A stretch of 64,000 nt of DNA, taken from Octopus vulgaris. Taxonomy: Eukaryota. The stretch spans positions 139,996,001 to 140,060,000 of the forward strand of contig OX597816.1 of assembly GCA_951406725.2 (NCBI GenBank). Direction: 5' to 3'. The notes under the pieces were generated by a model. It did not search any database. It was not told where the DNA came from and worked only from the letters and a program-made list of their open reading frames with translations. The stretch's first letter is position 1. The number at the start of each line of letters is the position of its first letter. The translations under genes and the position numbers were made by a program. Of this stretch, positions 1 through 14,639 are shown one piece after another.

Positions 1-15
1 CTATATATATATATA

Positions 16-917
16 CGCGGAAGTGCGACGACGTCCTAAGGGAGACCCTAGGCGTCAAGAGGAACTGACAAGTTTATTCCGGAGGACTTTCCGGTCGGGG
101 ACTATTATGGAAAATTTCTAGATGTCTTTGGCCTGGCAGTGCTACAGGGGTGAAGGCGCTACCGGTTCAAGTTAACTCTACAGGCACGGACGTGCTGTCA
201 GACAGGCTTGAGCGAGGTGCTCGCAGAGCGACGAAACCGTTCTACATGCACTCGTTCAGTGTTCGGGCATTGCTGACTTGTAGAATTGTGTCGAACAGCT
301 GTGGGACGGATCCGTCAGTCAGCCGAGTCCATAATGATGATTGCCCCGCCACCCTCTTTTAGTCGGGCAGGGCAAGGCAGTTTTCCTTTGTTTGGTGGGT
401 GTGGCGAAAGAGGTTTTCTGGTTGTCGAAGCCGAAAGGAATGACGACAGAAACACTCCTCTTTGGTAAAGCCCTCGTGGAGTTTTTCAAGTTTCACTTGA
501 AAAGAAAATGAGGGCGGAGAGGGAGTTACTGTCCACGAGTGAATTTATGAAAAGGTGGGTGAAAATTGTGAAAAAGGCAAGAGTGGATGGTACCACTCTC
601 AGTGTAGACCTGTGAATCGGAAAAAAGAAGTTGGAGAGGGCTCGTGTCCTTGGTATTCAGGGTGATCTTGGATGGTGGGGTTCCTCGAATATCCCCAGGA
701 GTCCTCCTGTATCAGGAGGGGACCCATTACTATCACTTTTTCCTTCCCTCTTCTTCTAGTGTTGTTTACTAAGTATACTTCCCTTCTAATGTATACCGTG
801 TACACTTTTTATATTTTATTTTATCATTCCATCATATGTAAACCCCTGCACATTATGTCTGTCTTTGTATTGTCCCCCCTCATCTTTTGCCCTGGTGGCA
901 AATAAAAGAAATCCTCA
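16..917 (+). mobile_element. Tx1/L1-clade LINE 3' fragment (ORF2 C-terminal zinc-binding region + 3' UTR), 5'-truncated, degenerate
   Basis: Manual translation across frameshifts gives LAWQCYRG..LPV..LYRHG..RCSQSDETVLHALVQC..SAESIMMIAPPPSFSRAG..FFKFHLKRKMRAERELLSTSEFMKRWVKIVKKARVDGTTLSVDL*, a zf-RVT-like C-terminus of L1/Tx1 ORF2. Followed by AATAAA at ~902 and a (CAT)/(ATT) tail. Confidence 0.8.
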
Positions 918-941
918 ACATCATCATCATCATCATCATCA

Positions 942-999
<58 letters not shown>

Positions 1000-1044
1000 T
1001 TCATTATTGTTATTGTTGTTGTTGTTGTTATTATTATTATTATT

Positions 1045-1080
<36 letters not shown>

Positions 1081-1082
1081 AT
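918..1082. repeat. Compound trinucleotide microsatellite (CAT)n(ATT)n(GTT)n
   Basis: Directly visible; source of the poly-H/I/L/V pseudo-ORFs. Confidence 0.95.
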
Positions 1083-1610
1083 TTATCCCGCAGTCGATCC
1101 ATGCCTTGTGACTGATAATAGATCGACGTTAATTGCATTAAGCACGTCTACGTGACCAGCCTCCTTATGCACTGTGTCACGCTCATTCAGACAGAGAATA
1201 TACAATGTCAAGAGTAAGACGTAGCCGCGGAATACACAGCCACTTCTCCACTTCCATTATAATTCAATGAGTAGGCAATTTAGCTTTTCGAATAACTTTA
1301 ATCTCCGCCGCCCGGAAAGTCTTACTTTAATACAACGTGTTAGACCTAATCAAAGAGAACACGTGTGAAATGAAAGAAGATTTCTATTGCTATTCATTCT
1401 GACTTGTATAATTCAGATTTACGATATTGAAGTGTTTTCAGCTGTTTAGGTTGACACTGAGTACGAATGTGTATGTGCCTGTGCTTGTTAATATGAATAT
1501 ATATATGTGTCTGTGCTTCTTAATATGAATATGTATGTATTTATGTTTGTTAATATCTATGTATCTATTGATTTATTCGTATCTGTGTATACGTTAGTTT
1601 CTTTTTGTAT

Positions 1611-1678
<68 letters not shown>

Positions 1679-1798
1679 GTGTGTGTGTGTGCGTGTGTTA
1701 TTTTTTATTTATTTATTTATTTTTGTTTTTTGTTTCTCTATGTGTCTGTGATTTGTTGAAACAATTATAAAATATATTAGAAACAATAAACGCACACA

Positions 1799-1878
<80 letters not shown>

Positions 1879-2039
1879 TATATGTATTTGTATGTATGTG
1901 TAAAAATATGTATATATGTATATATATTTATATAGATACACACACACACACATATGTGTATATATTTATATATATACACATATACATATATTTATATATA
2001 CACATATACAAATGAACATATAACAATGCTAAAGGCCTT

Positions 2040-2400
2040 ATTAACACGATTCAAGCATACAAACCCCAGAACAAACTACATATGGCCAATGTAATCTATA
2101 AATTTGACTGTAAAACTGGAGGTTGCAAACTTCAAGACTTTAGCGTTTACACTGGACATACTTGTACAGCACTCTCTTTAGGCTCACCGTGTAATTATAA
2201 CACAGAAAGACAGAGCTATTACAAAACATTATACGAAACACCACGAAAGAAAATTAGATATGAAAATACTCAGAGAAAATTCATACATACCCAATAAAAT
2301 TCTTCACAAAAATATATTAATAATCGAAACCATATTCATATCGTCACAGAATGCCAAAATCAATATGCAAGCTGGACACTAATCGAAAAATTATCGCTTG
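2040..2400 (+). mobile_element. Penelope-like element GIY-YIG endonuclease remnant
   Basis: ANVIYKFDCKTGGCKLQDFSVYTGHTCTALS matches the PLE pattern NVIYxFxC..C..YIGxTxTxLS. Downstream IFISSQNAKINMQ resembles the EAIxI...PxINxQ end. Frameshifted. Confidence 0.65.
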
Positions 2401-2735
2401 AGTATTGATATAAAAATCTAACGGTCTAAACTGCGACCGCGACAGCCAATAAATCAGCCTGTTACTAATGGTCAGAAAGCCTTTGGTAGGAAAATCTACA
2501 TGAACTGGACTAGTGTATAAGAAATAGCAGAGACACTCAATATATTCAATTCTTGAAAATGAGACTGTGAAGGTTTGGAAAGGTCGAATATGAATTTAGA
2601 AATTTTATTGTTCAAAACCGACTGATTAAAAACAAAACAAAAAAAAACTAATAAAAAATACGAAAAATCTAAAATATGAAAGATAAAACTTGGATACAGT
2701 TGTGTATTCAATAAAACATTTATATAATTGCATGC

Positions 2736-2872
2736 AGGCACAGGCGTGGCTGTGTGGTAAGAAGCTTACTTCCCAACTACACATAGTTCCGGGTTTAGCT
2801 CCGCTGCGTGACATCTTAGGCAAGTGTCTTCTCCTATAGCCTCGGGACGACCAAAACCATCTGAATGGATTT
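2736..2872 (+). mobile_element. tRNA-derived SINE family A (CORE-like), 5' part
   Basis: GGCGTGGCTGTGTGGTAAGAAGCTT head, B-box-like GGTTTAGCTCC, CORE-like GCAAGTGTCTT; same family as 56286-56450. Confidence 0.85.
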
Positions 2873-2873
2873 G

Positions 2874-3007
<134 letters not shown>

Positions 3008-3008
3008 A

Positions 3009-3462
3009 GTGGCTTCTTTCACTTTCTTTCTACCAAATCCACACACACTTCCTCTTTCTCCTTTACTCTCTCTCTCTCTCTCGTTGCTCACACGTGACCA
3101 TCGCCCATCTATCTTTTCCTCGCGTGGTCATCTTTCTTTTCCTTCTTGTCTGTCTCCTCCTCTATCTTTTCTCTTGTCAAAGGCAATATTCCATTCCTCC
3201 AGCGTTCGCTACCTTACCTCGTCTGGCCTAACGGGAGCAACTGCCTTTTCGAAGCTTCATATTGTCGTTAATTGCTCGAAATGAGGAGTAGATGGACAGC
3301 CGATAATTGATGAAAGGTCGTTTTTTATGTTACTTGTCTTGTTTTCCATTTGTTTCTCTCACTGTTTGCATACCAAAGCTTGTCTTCGTATTTTATGTTG
3401 TTTTCGTATCTCGTATTTCATGTTGTTTACGTTTTGTGACGTCCTGTACCTATAGATGCATA
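3009..3462 (+). mobile_element. Interspersed repeat family C (CT-rich body, ends in (TA)n), probably Penelope-like 3' end
   Basis: Shares blocks such as CTCGTTGCTC(A/G)CACGTGACCA, AATTGCTCGAAAT and CGTATT(T/C)CATGTTGTTTACG with 14640-15225, and its terminal GTCCTGT(A/G)CC block with 13665-13778. Confidence 0.6.
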
Positions 3463-3523
3463 TATATATATACATATGTATGTACATATATGTACGTTTA
3501 TATGCACATATATTTTTTTTTTA

Positions 3524-3595
<72 letters not shown>

Positions 3596-3690
3596 GAGGG
3601 TGAAAAATTTGATATTAATTTAATAATACCATCAGTTTAACACCAAGTGGCTTAGCACAGAAAACCAGGGAGATAATACAAATTTATACA

Positions 3691-4077
<387 letters not shown>

Positions 4078-4803
4078 TGTGTGTGTGCATATATGTATGT
4101 ATATATATATATGCATGTATGTATCTATGTGTGTGTGCGTGTGAGTGTTTGATGTAGATATGTATGCATTTGCGTTCATATGATTAGCGGTAGCCGCTCA
4201 GTTGGAACAAGCGGTCTCCCTTTTCTCCAATAGCCAGAGGGTGGAGAAATCACATTTCTTAATTTAGCATGTCATGACTGAACTGTGTGTGTTGAGCTGT
4301 ATTTATTATTGTTATAGCAACACAGAGGCGAGCTATCTTGATACTAACCTTCCACCTTCTCTAGCTATTGTCATTGTTAGTTTCACATCTTTCTCTTCCT
4401 AAATAACTATCTTTCATTTGACATCTCCCTATTGTTTTCCCTAGTTTTCTTCTTGCTGAGGGCATGTGTCCTTCATAATGCGACATTAATTTACACTGAA
4501 GAGACTGTTAAATTCCCTTTGTCATCCACACAGACTCATCCATCTTAAGCATTTTCATTTATCTATGAAACACTAACACTCTTATGAAAGGTTGGTGAAT
4601 GAGTGGCAACTTTAGAAGGACTAGGTGGCTCATTACAGGAACAATTGCTGTTTGGGACTGAATCTCAAATTGCCCAATCTGGTTATCATTCTTTCGGGAT
4701 ACCCGATATTATTGGTGAGCTCCGAGTCAACGTTAATCGCATAAATCTATGATAAAAAGCGCTCTACTCATGATTAACCCATCTGTTCTGTTTTCGCCCC
4801 CTT

Positions 4804-5210
4804 GCACCTAGCTGTGTAGTTAAGAAGCAAGCTTTGCAACCATGTGATTTCGAATTCTCTTCCACAGTGTGGTACCTTGGGTAAGTACCTTCTACAATAG
4901 TCCCGGTCCGACTAATACCCTGTGGGCAAATTTGGTTGACAGAGAGTGTAGGGAAACCCACCGTATGTATACGTGTGTGTATGAGTGTGTAGATCTTTGT
5001 GTTTGTCTTTGTCCGACACCACCGCTTGACAACCGGTGTTGATTTATATATACCCTAATTTAGCGGTTCAGCACAAAGACCTGTAGAATAAGAAGCAGAT
5101 TTTTTTTAAATAATAAGTATTTGGGTCGATTTGCTCGACTAAACCCTTAAAGGTGGTGCCCCAATATGGCCGCAGTCCATTAACTGAAATAAGTAAAAGG
5201 TAAAAGATAG
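4804..5210 (+). mobile_element. SINE family A, full-length, diverged
   Basis: tRNA-like head, GTGGTACCTTGGGTAAGT core, internal (TG) tract, tail ACTGAAATAAGTAAAAG. Confidence 0.85.
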
Positions 5211-5490
5211 ACAATGTACCTAAAACAACATGGATGTGCATAGATTAGTAATAGAGGTGTTAGGCTCATGATCATAAGGTTGTAAGTTCCATTCTGGGTA
5301 TGCTGAGTCCTTGAACAATGTTCGAGTGGGTTAAGTGTAGAAAGACCGAGAGGGTGTCAATGTCAACTAGCGACTACATATATAGTACCGAGTCACACTC
5401 GGTAGAGGGTCGTTCGTATCTTGTTCTTGGCATTGTTTTGTATTTATAGCCACGGCATGAATTTCTCCAATGGTTTTGAAATCACTTGAC

Positions 5491-5715
5491 TTGAACTCCT
5501 TGTATTCAGATCACTCTGTCAAATATACTATTAATTTATTCAGATTGTTTAGAAATAATCATGCTTTGTCGCTTAACTTCGAAATATTGAAGAAATGATT
5601 ATTTATTTTCAGAATGACATTGTAGGCTAAGGGTGTGGAGCTGGACCTGGCTAGTTTGAACATAAAACAGGTAGGAGTGAGCCCGATATAGCCAGTTTAA
5701 AAGCTAAAGTGTTAA
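5491..5715. mobile_element. Possible degenerate TTAA/piggyBac-type MITE
   Basis: Right end GCTAAAGTGTTAA resembles an ..AAAGGGTTAA terminus; left end is decayed. Confidence 0.35.
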
Positions 5716-6289
5716 ATAGATGCCACAGGGTATGAACAATTCAAAGCTCCTAGTGACACTAGTACTGTTTATTGGGTGAATGATTCGTTGGCTTTCAGTG
5801 TCGAATTGAAATCATGTGTTAAAAGTTACTTGTAATAAACCGACGTCTTATTCAACGAGGAAAATCTTTCTCTGTTGCTTAACTTACAAAATAAGGGAGT
5901 AAGCAGTAAGCCATGTAGATCATTAGGATTCAGAATGAATTGGGGAAAAGAACAAAAGGACTAATACATTATAGTACTACATTGTTTATAAGTTATTGTA
6001 CCAGTGCGTGGAAGCACACGATGGTCCGACTAAATGACATTTACACATTAAAGTTAACGAATATTTTCACAAAATATACCATCTATTATAGCATTCCGAC
6101 ACAATGTGAAAGACACATAGGGATCACATAGATGCATTCTTAATTTTGCACGTGTATGTTCTGAGTTCAAATCCCACCAAGTCGTTAATGATATATGATA
6201 AGTGATTATCGATATATTTAGCAATTTGGTCATAGAAGCAGACTGTGATGACAGTACGCATGACCTTTGTAGTTCCCTCCTCAGGGGAA

Positions 6290-6560
6290 AGATTAATATA
6301 GTTGATTGGTGTTCAGTTTGTACATCTGATGAGCAACATTTGTATGAGAAATGAGGGCTGATGTGTTTAGCATGAGATTTGGATGGTGGGTGAGATAGTG
6401 TAAGGTAATGAGAAGAAAGAAGACGAGTGCATTTAGTGGGTTTAATTGAAAATGATAAGAAGCTAGATTGCTTAGAGAAACAAAGGACATTGTGAAAGCC
6501 ATAAAAGAGGAAAACGAGAGAAGCAGATTATTGGTGAGCCAATGTGTTGGTGAGTGAATA
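6290..6560 (-). mobile_element. Degenerate LINE ORF2 3' end (CR1/L2/Jockey-like)
   Basis: Minus-strand reading LFYGFHNVLC..TRLSSHYLT resembles the SLFYRY..GxC..RxTRxS..H C-terminus of APE-type LINEs; heavily frameshifted. Confidence 0.35.
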
Positions 6561-8040
6561 ATGGTAAATCAGCTGAATGAGCTTTACATTCATGTAGTCT
6601 AGGCTATTAGTTACTATAGCGACAGCATTATCACAAATATACGAACACAGGTCACACTTGACACTTGTAAAGGGTCAACAGCTTATGAGACTGAAATATT
6701 TTCTGGTTAATATATTCAGGAACCACCATAGCAGATTAGCAATGATTTTGTGCCAGAATTATAACGTTTCTGTAGACTTTATATTGTATGATGAACAGAG
6801 TATGCGATGTACAAGACTGCTTCATTGATATATTAATTGAGATCCCAGTTCCGGGCGAAATAATAAGAGAATCACTGAGTAGAAGTACTACACTGTGCCT
6901 GAGTAGGCGTTCACACTAAACTAACTAATGTGTGTCTCGCAGATGATGACACGAATTAATGCCAGTAATCTGTATCTCGAATATGCTAATTTTTTAGGAT
7001 CTTTTCTGTTTAGTTGTACCTGTGGAAATTTTAAAGTTTAGAGAAAATCTTAAAATTTGGTATTTTGGGGTAATTTTCCATGCTAATTTACTCAGGGGCT
7101 AATTTACTTTTCCTGGAAATTTATATTTTTGTAAAAGTTACAGAAGTTCAAAGTTTGATCATTTTTACCCAGGCAAAAAACAGGATTTGGAAGCTGTCAG
7201 TTTGTGTATGACTGCACGTGTTGTCAACTGTAAACAAATGAAATATTGGTGGAATTCTGCTTTATGCGCATCATATAAGGATTCATAACATTTTTTATTT
7301 TGTGTAATTTTTAGAAAATTTTTGCGAATTTGTATTCTACACAGGAGAATTCGCACGACTATGCAAAAACAAAAAAAAATATTTGGTGCGTGATTTAAGG
7401 CCTATTTAGCTATTATTTTTAGCATATCTCACGACCACCTCATACCTCATAATTTAAGCATTCAGTAAGCGCAAAATGACCGCGTGGGTAAGCACCTTGG
7501 TAAAAGCTTGGCTTCTTACGATAGAAACAGCCACCTATTGGTCTGTGGCCTTCGACTGGCAAAATTACCCAAAATTAGAAAACTTTAAAAGCTATTAACA
7601 TTTCATTTATTGATTTATGGCGAAAATGAATTTCATGTCAGTGATTACCCCGCAACACTACATCGACACACCAAATATGAAATCAATTGGAACAACAATT
7701 GAAGAATATGGAAAATGGAAGCCAAACAGAGAAGATCCATTTTTTTTTTATGCTTACGTGTACAGTATAGTGTATCTACTTGAGGATTCTCTCATCGCTA
7801 TTTCAACAAGTACAGTGAAGTCTGTGTTTTACTGAGGATACTTAATAAGACCGAAACATGCAGAAAGTCGTCCCTTCTATTTGCTGAAATTAAACTATCA
7901 TCATCTTTTCTAGTCAGATAAATATTTCTAATTAGATTTTTGAAACTCAATGCATGAAATACACTCACACTAACTTAACGATCTAAATCATCTACCTGAA
8001 TCTGTGTCTATCTTTCTATGTATCTCTCTCACTCTCACTC

Positions 8041-8087
<47 letters not shown>

Positions 8088-8399
8088 ATCTGTCTCTCTG
8101 TCTGTCTGTCTATATTCTATCTCTACTCTATTTTCTCTCTCTACACTACTTCCTAAAACAATGTCAACCTCACTTTCCTTGCCTCGTTTCTTTAAAGAAC
8201 AGAGTTCGATAAAATACTGAAATTGTACTGAAACGGAATAGAAAGTCTGACAGGCAAAAGAACCGGGAGCGAGTAGGGGAAAAGAAAGAAATATAGAACA
8301 TGGAGTAAGAAACTTATTCGGTAACAGAGAGAGAAAGAAGAGGGAGAAACAGAGAGGAAGAGAGAGATGCAAACATGCAGGTAGGAAAATAACTGGGCA

Positions 8400-8400
<1 letters not shown>

Positions 8401-8461
<61 letters not shown>

Positions 8462-8506
8462 GGATAGATGGATAGATGGATGGATGGATGGATGGATGGA
8501 TGGATG

Positions 8507-8537
<31 letters not shown>
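8401..8537. repeat. (TAGA)n/(TGGA)n microsatellite
   Basis: Directly visible. Confidence 0.95.
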
Positions 8538-8539
<2 letters not shown>

Positions 8540-9052
8540 GTTTCTTTATTGGCCACACAGGGCTGCACACAGATGGGACAAGTTACAAGGTAGAGCTTTT
8601 CTTTTGGGGGATGAAAAAAAAAAACAAAAGAAAAAAAAGGGGTGGCGTAGGTTTTCGATCAAGAGGGATCGTAAAAGGGAAGAAAAGAACAAAAACAAAA
8701 AAAAATTGAATAAAATAAAAAGAATAAAAAGAAAAAAAGGAAAGGAAAAGGAACAAAAGGAAAGAGAAGTGAAAAAAAAAGAAAAAAAAAAAAAAGAGGA
8801 AAAAAAGAACGATCAATAGGGATCGTGTATCACAGTGTTATGATATATGGTGTAAAGGGGAAAGCAAGTAAGGTTTATCTGTGGGAAGAAAAGCCTACGA
8901 AAAGACCACGGTAACCTTGGTCAATATTGTTATATGTTACCACATTTGTTTGCAAGTGGGTAACCCTCTGTTTTCAATTTCTGGGTTCATAGGATTATGC
9001 TCAAGGTGGCTTCGTCATTCATACGTGCCATTCTTGCTACATTCACCCATCT
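8537..9052 (-). mobile_element. Tx1/L1 LINE extreme 3' end in (TCTA)n, copy 1
   Basis: Minus strand encodes RWVNVARMARMNDEATLSIIL*, homologous to RWVKIVKKARVDGTTLSVDL* of the element at 16-917. Then a T-rich 3' UTR ending GGCCAATAAAGAAACT into (TATC)n. Confidence 0.8.
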
Positions 9053-9076
9053 TAGATAGATAGATAGATAGATAGA

Positions 9077-9606
9077 TAAGTTTCTATTGGCCACACAGGG
9101 CTGCACACAGATGGGACAAGTTACAAGGTAGAGCTTTTCTTTTGGGGGATGAAGAGAACAAAAAACAAAAGAAAAAAAAGGGGTGGCGTAGGTTTTCGAA
9201 CAAGAGGGATCGTAAAAGGGAAGAAAGAACAAAAACAAAAAAAAATTGAATAAAATAAAAAGAATAAAAAGAAAAAAAGGAAAGGAAAAGGAACAAAAGG
9301 AAAGAGAAGTGAAAAAAGAAGAAAAAGGGGGAAAAAGGGGAAGAGGAAAAAAGAACGATCGATAGGGATCGTGTATCACAGTTTTATGATATATGGTGTA
9401 AAGGGGAAAGCAAGTAAGGTTTATCTGTGGGAAGAAAAGCCTACGAAAAAGACCACGGTAACCTTGGTCAATATTGTTATATGTTACCACATTTGTTTGC
9501 AAGTGGGTAACCCTCTGTTTTCAATTTCTGGGTTCATAGGATTATGCTCAAGGTGGCTTCGTCATTCATACGTGCCATCCTTGCTACATTCACCCATCTT
9601 TTTATG
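9077..9606 (-). mobile_element. Tx1/L1 LINE extreme 3' end in (TCTA)n, copy 2
   Basis: Near-identical to 8537-9052, extending a few nt further 5'; flanked on both sides by (TAGA)n. Confidence 0.8.
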
Positions 9607-9695
<89 letters not shown>

Positions 9696-10298
9696 CGTAG
9701 ATGTATCTTAAGTAGCAAATCAATTCAGTAGGTGCTAGGTCTTTGCATTTATATGTGTTTAACAAAACACCAAATCGAGAAATCACAAAACGCAAAGAAC
9801 AGCTAAAATATGAAAAGATAGGAAAATAATTCTGGCTCAAATTTTAATGTTAAATCATACATATGGAGACGTGAAGAGAGGGCTAGGAATACGGATGATG
9901 TGGTATAAGTAGATTGACAAATAGGTAGGTCACAGACAAACAGAAAGACAGGACGACAGACAGGCTGACAGACAGGACTGCTGAAACTGGCTACTTATGG
10001 CTTGGTTATCTTAGCTGTTCTGATATATTTAAATACATATTTTCAGGTTCATGCCCGAGTTATTTACTAATGAAGCGTACTTCCTCGATTCAGAAATTGA
10101 TCCCATTTCTGTGTGTAGCAAATACGTGCTGTTTTTATGGTTATTTGTCTTGCTTTTATCTGTTGAAATACCATGTAAGATGGTTTGTTTTTATGAAAAT
10201 GTTCGTATATTTTCAGTGTTTTTGATTGAACCAGTATATAACTCCCTACACTGTCATACTAATTTAGGTCTTGGATCTTTTTAAACCTCTTCCCACTA

Positions 10299-10680
10299 CC
10301 TTTTACCTTTTACTTTTGCAGTCATTAGACTGTGGCCATGCTGAGGCACCACCTTGAAGAATTTATCGTCGAATGTTTCGATCCCAGTACATTTTTTAAA
10401 GACTGGTGCTTATCCTACCGATCACTTTTGCCGAAACGCTAACTTAAAAGAACATAAACACACCAACACCAGTTGTTAAGCGGTGGAGAAAGGGACAAAC
10501 GCCCCCCCACACACACATACATATATACGACGAGCTTCTTTCAGTTTCCGTCTACCAAATCCACTCTCAAGACTTTGGTCGGCCCGAAGCTAGAGTAGAA
10601 GACACTTGCCCAAGATGCCACGCAGTGGGACTGAACCCGGAACCATGTGGTTAGGAAACAAACTTCTTACGACACAGTCA
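10299..10680 (-). mobile_element. SINE family A, full-length
   Basis: Reverse complement of the head/core: GACACTTGCCCAAGATGCCACGCAGTGGGACTGAACCCGGAACCATGTGG; tail TTTTACCTTTTAC. Confidence 0.9.
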
Positions 10681-11168
10681 CATATGTATTTATCAGAATT
10701 TTTTTTTTTTAATTTTATTTTCTTCCCTAGTGCAATTTTGCATGCAGGTGACAAAAATCACATTTATTTTCTCTAGAAATTAATGATAAAAGAAAGTTAC
10801 AAGACTTTTAAAGTTATCAAATTTTAACCGTAAGTGTCATGTTCATCATCCTGCATAAACTACAACACTGTTGTAGATTTGAAAATTTTCTGAGTGTGAA
10901 GAAATTTATAGGGGTTTCTAAACATATCACTTGGAGGATCCATATGTTTTGAAACCAGTTAATCGATAAAACGTAAGAATTCACACCCAGTCCATCAACA
11001 AGACATTGTTTTGTGTTATTCCATTTTGCAAATATGTCGTTTGTACTCATCTAAATGACTTTTCTGTCATTTTATCTTTATCTGTTAGCTCCCTCACCTT
11101 GATCGATCGCTGCCACTCTGCCCAGAACAGCGTATGCAATTCTTTGCTCCGCTTGTCAAGTTACCGAC

Positions 11169-11389
11169 ATGTATGTATGTATGTATGTATGTATGTATGT
11201 ATGTATGTATGTATGTATGTATGTATGTATGTATGTATGCATGTATGTATGCATGCATGCATGTATGTATGTATGTATGTATGTATGTATGTATGTATGT
11301 ATGTATGTATGTATGTATGTATGTATGTATGTATGTATGTATGTATGGATGCATGCATGTATGTATGTGTCTGTCTTTCTATCTGTCTG

Positions 11390-11443
<54 letters not shown>

Positions 11444-11532
11444 AGTAAGTCAGTCTGTCTGCTGTCTGCCTATCTGTCTGTCTTCCTATCCATCCATCCA
11501 TCCATCCATCCATCCATCCATCTATCTATCTA
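11169..11532. repeat. Compound (TATG)n(TCTA)n(TCCA)n microsatellite
   Basis: Directly visible. Confidence 0.95.
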
Positions 11533-11741
11533 GAAAATGTATACACGAATGCAAACTGTCGCAGTTCCACTCCCTACTTCCCCTCTCTTACACTCACTTC
11601 ATATGTATGATTTAACATTAAAACTTAAGATCCGATCCATTTTGATATCTCTTCATATTATTTTCATTTCATTTTGCCACTGTCTTGCTCTGTCGTATTG
11701 TTCTTAACCATTTATAACAACAAAGATCTAGCAACCACAAA

Positions 11742-12450
<709 letters not shown>

Positions 12451-13147
12451 GTTTCGGAGGGTTACAAATTGAGAGAGAGAGAGGAAGTGAAACTATCTCT
12501 AAAAACTGGTTAAGTGTGCCGTGAAGCAAACCGTACGAATTGTCAAAATACTCATTAATCCCATCACGTATGAGAGAAAGTATTTTCTACAGATCTTTTC
12601 CGACTTATGAAGAAATTCAGAGTTCAAATCCCCGTTAACGACGAATCAGATCAGATGGTGGCGCCATTAGAACGGTAAGTCTGTACATGTAGAAGAAAGA
12701 AGCGTGCAGTTACAGGTTCAGATATGCTTTGGTTACATTCCCTTGCAAGTTGCACTAAACTTGATTGGATGATAGTCTTATAGTTTACTTAAGCTAACTA
12801 TGCATGTATGAACAAGAATGTTCCATGTTAGTCGTGCATGTGTGTATGTGTGCGTGTGTGTATGCATGTGTATGTGTTTATGTGTGTATGTATGTTTGTA
12901 TGCATGTAGGTACTTCTGTCGTATTTGTGATGTATTTGTGTCATACGTATGCATGTACGTTTGCTTCTACAGCGCTCTGGTCATGCATGATGATCTGTGA
13001 TTGTGAACGTATTTTACACAGGCATACATATACATATATACATACAATCATATATAGTCATAGGCACGCACACACACACACGCAGGAATATATATATATA
13101 TAGATATATATATATATGTATGTATGTATGTATGTATATATGTATGA

Positions 13148-13192
<45 letters not shown>

Positions 13193-13576
13193 TGTATATA
13201 TATATATCATACGTAAACGCACACACATACACACGTAGAGGTGGATCTCCGTCGTTGGATAATGAGGATGTAGTCGTTCAGTCTATTGAATTATCTGCTC
13301 CTGAATAAGCGTGTACTGAGCCGAACATTTCTCAGATATGTGTACCCTTAATGCAATTCATGGGCAGAATCGGCGAGACATTGACTGTGATAGTTTTTGC
13401 ATAGCAGGTACCATTGATGGACGGTTTTCTATGCAGTTAGCCTCTACCAACTTCACTTGCCAGGTAAGTTTCGAGTTGAAGGTAGGGGAAAATAGCAAAC
13501 TGCCGTAGAGTGAGACTCAAATCAGGACCTCAGGGTAGCGAAGCGAACTTCCCAATCATTTAGCCATGCTGCACAT

Positions 13577-13644
<68 letters not shown>

Positions 13645-13818
13645 TACACATATATATATATTATGTTGCTAGTCTTATTTTCCAATTGTTTTTTTTTGTT
13701 CGCAAAAAGGTTCGTATTCCATGTTTTCGTATTTCATGCTGTTTTCGTTCTGTAACGTCCTGTGCCCATATATGCATATGTATATATATGTATATGTAAG
13801 TATGTATATATCTATATG

Positions 13819-14180
<362 letters not shown>

Positions 14181-14182
14181 GG

Positions 14183-14380
14183 AGGGGCAGTCGTGCTTAC
14201 CACCCTACTATACGGCTTCGAGACGTGGACTGCTTACCGAAGGCACGAGCGCCAGATAAACCACTTCCATCTCAGTTGTCTTCGGAACCTCCTTCACATC
14301 CGCTGGCAGGACAAAGTCCCAGACACGGAAGTTCTGAAGCAGGCAGATCTCCCTAGCACCATCACAATCATCACAAATAA
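14183..14380 (+). mobile_element. RTE (BovB-like) LINE RT thumb fragment
   Basis: AVVLTTLLYGFETWTAYRRHERQINHFHLSCLRNLLHIRWQDKVPDTEVL is the region that follows the inverted segment in an intact RTE ORF. Confidence 0.9.
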
Positions 14381-14555
14381 GTGAGAAGAAAACAAAGGAC
14401 CACTGATGCGGTCACAGGAGTGTGACGAAAGAACTTTAGCCGAAATAAGATTAAGATTAATGTAAAAAATAAATAGCACTGAAGCAAAATAACACCAAAT
14501 ATATAGTGCGTGTGTTTTTATTGGCTAAACTGGCAATATGACCATTCCGAAATAT

Positions 14556-14590
<35 letters not shown>

Positions 14591-14639
14591 GTAATTGAAC
14601 GTTACACATCTATTTCCAAGTAAGTTTTATCTTAATAAT

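Noticed and set aside
200-245. GCTC-GCA-GAGC..GAAAC hairpin resembling a hammerhead
   Set aside because: Lacks CUGANGA and is coding sequence of the Tx1 zinc-finger region (RCSQSDETV).
6320-6366. CTGATGA..GAAA hammerhead-like spacing
   Set aside because: No stem III or cleavage triplet, and it lies antisense within a probable LINE 3' end.
8537-9606. Lys-rich or Phe-rich protein genes, or an LTR pair
   Set aside because: The repeats lack TG..CA ends and internal sequence; they are LINE 3' UTRs with homopolymer runs.
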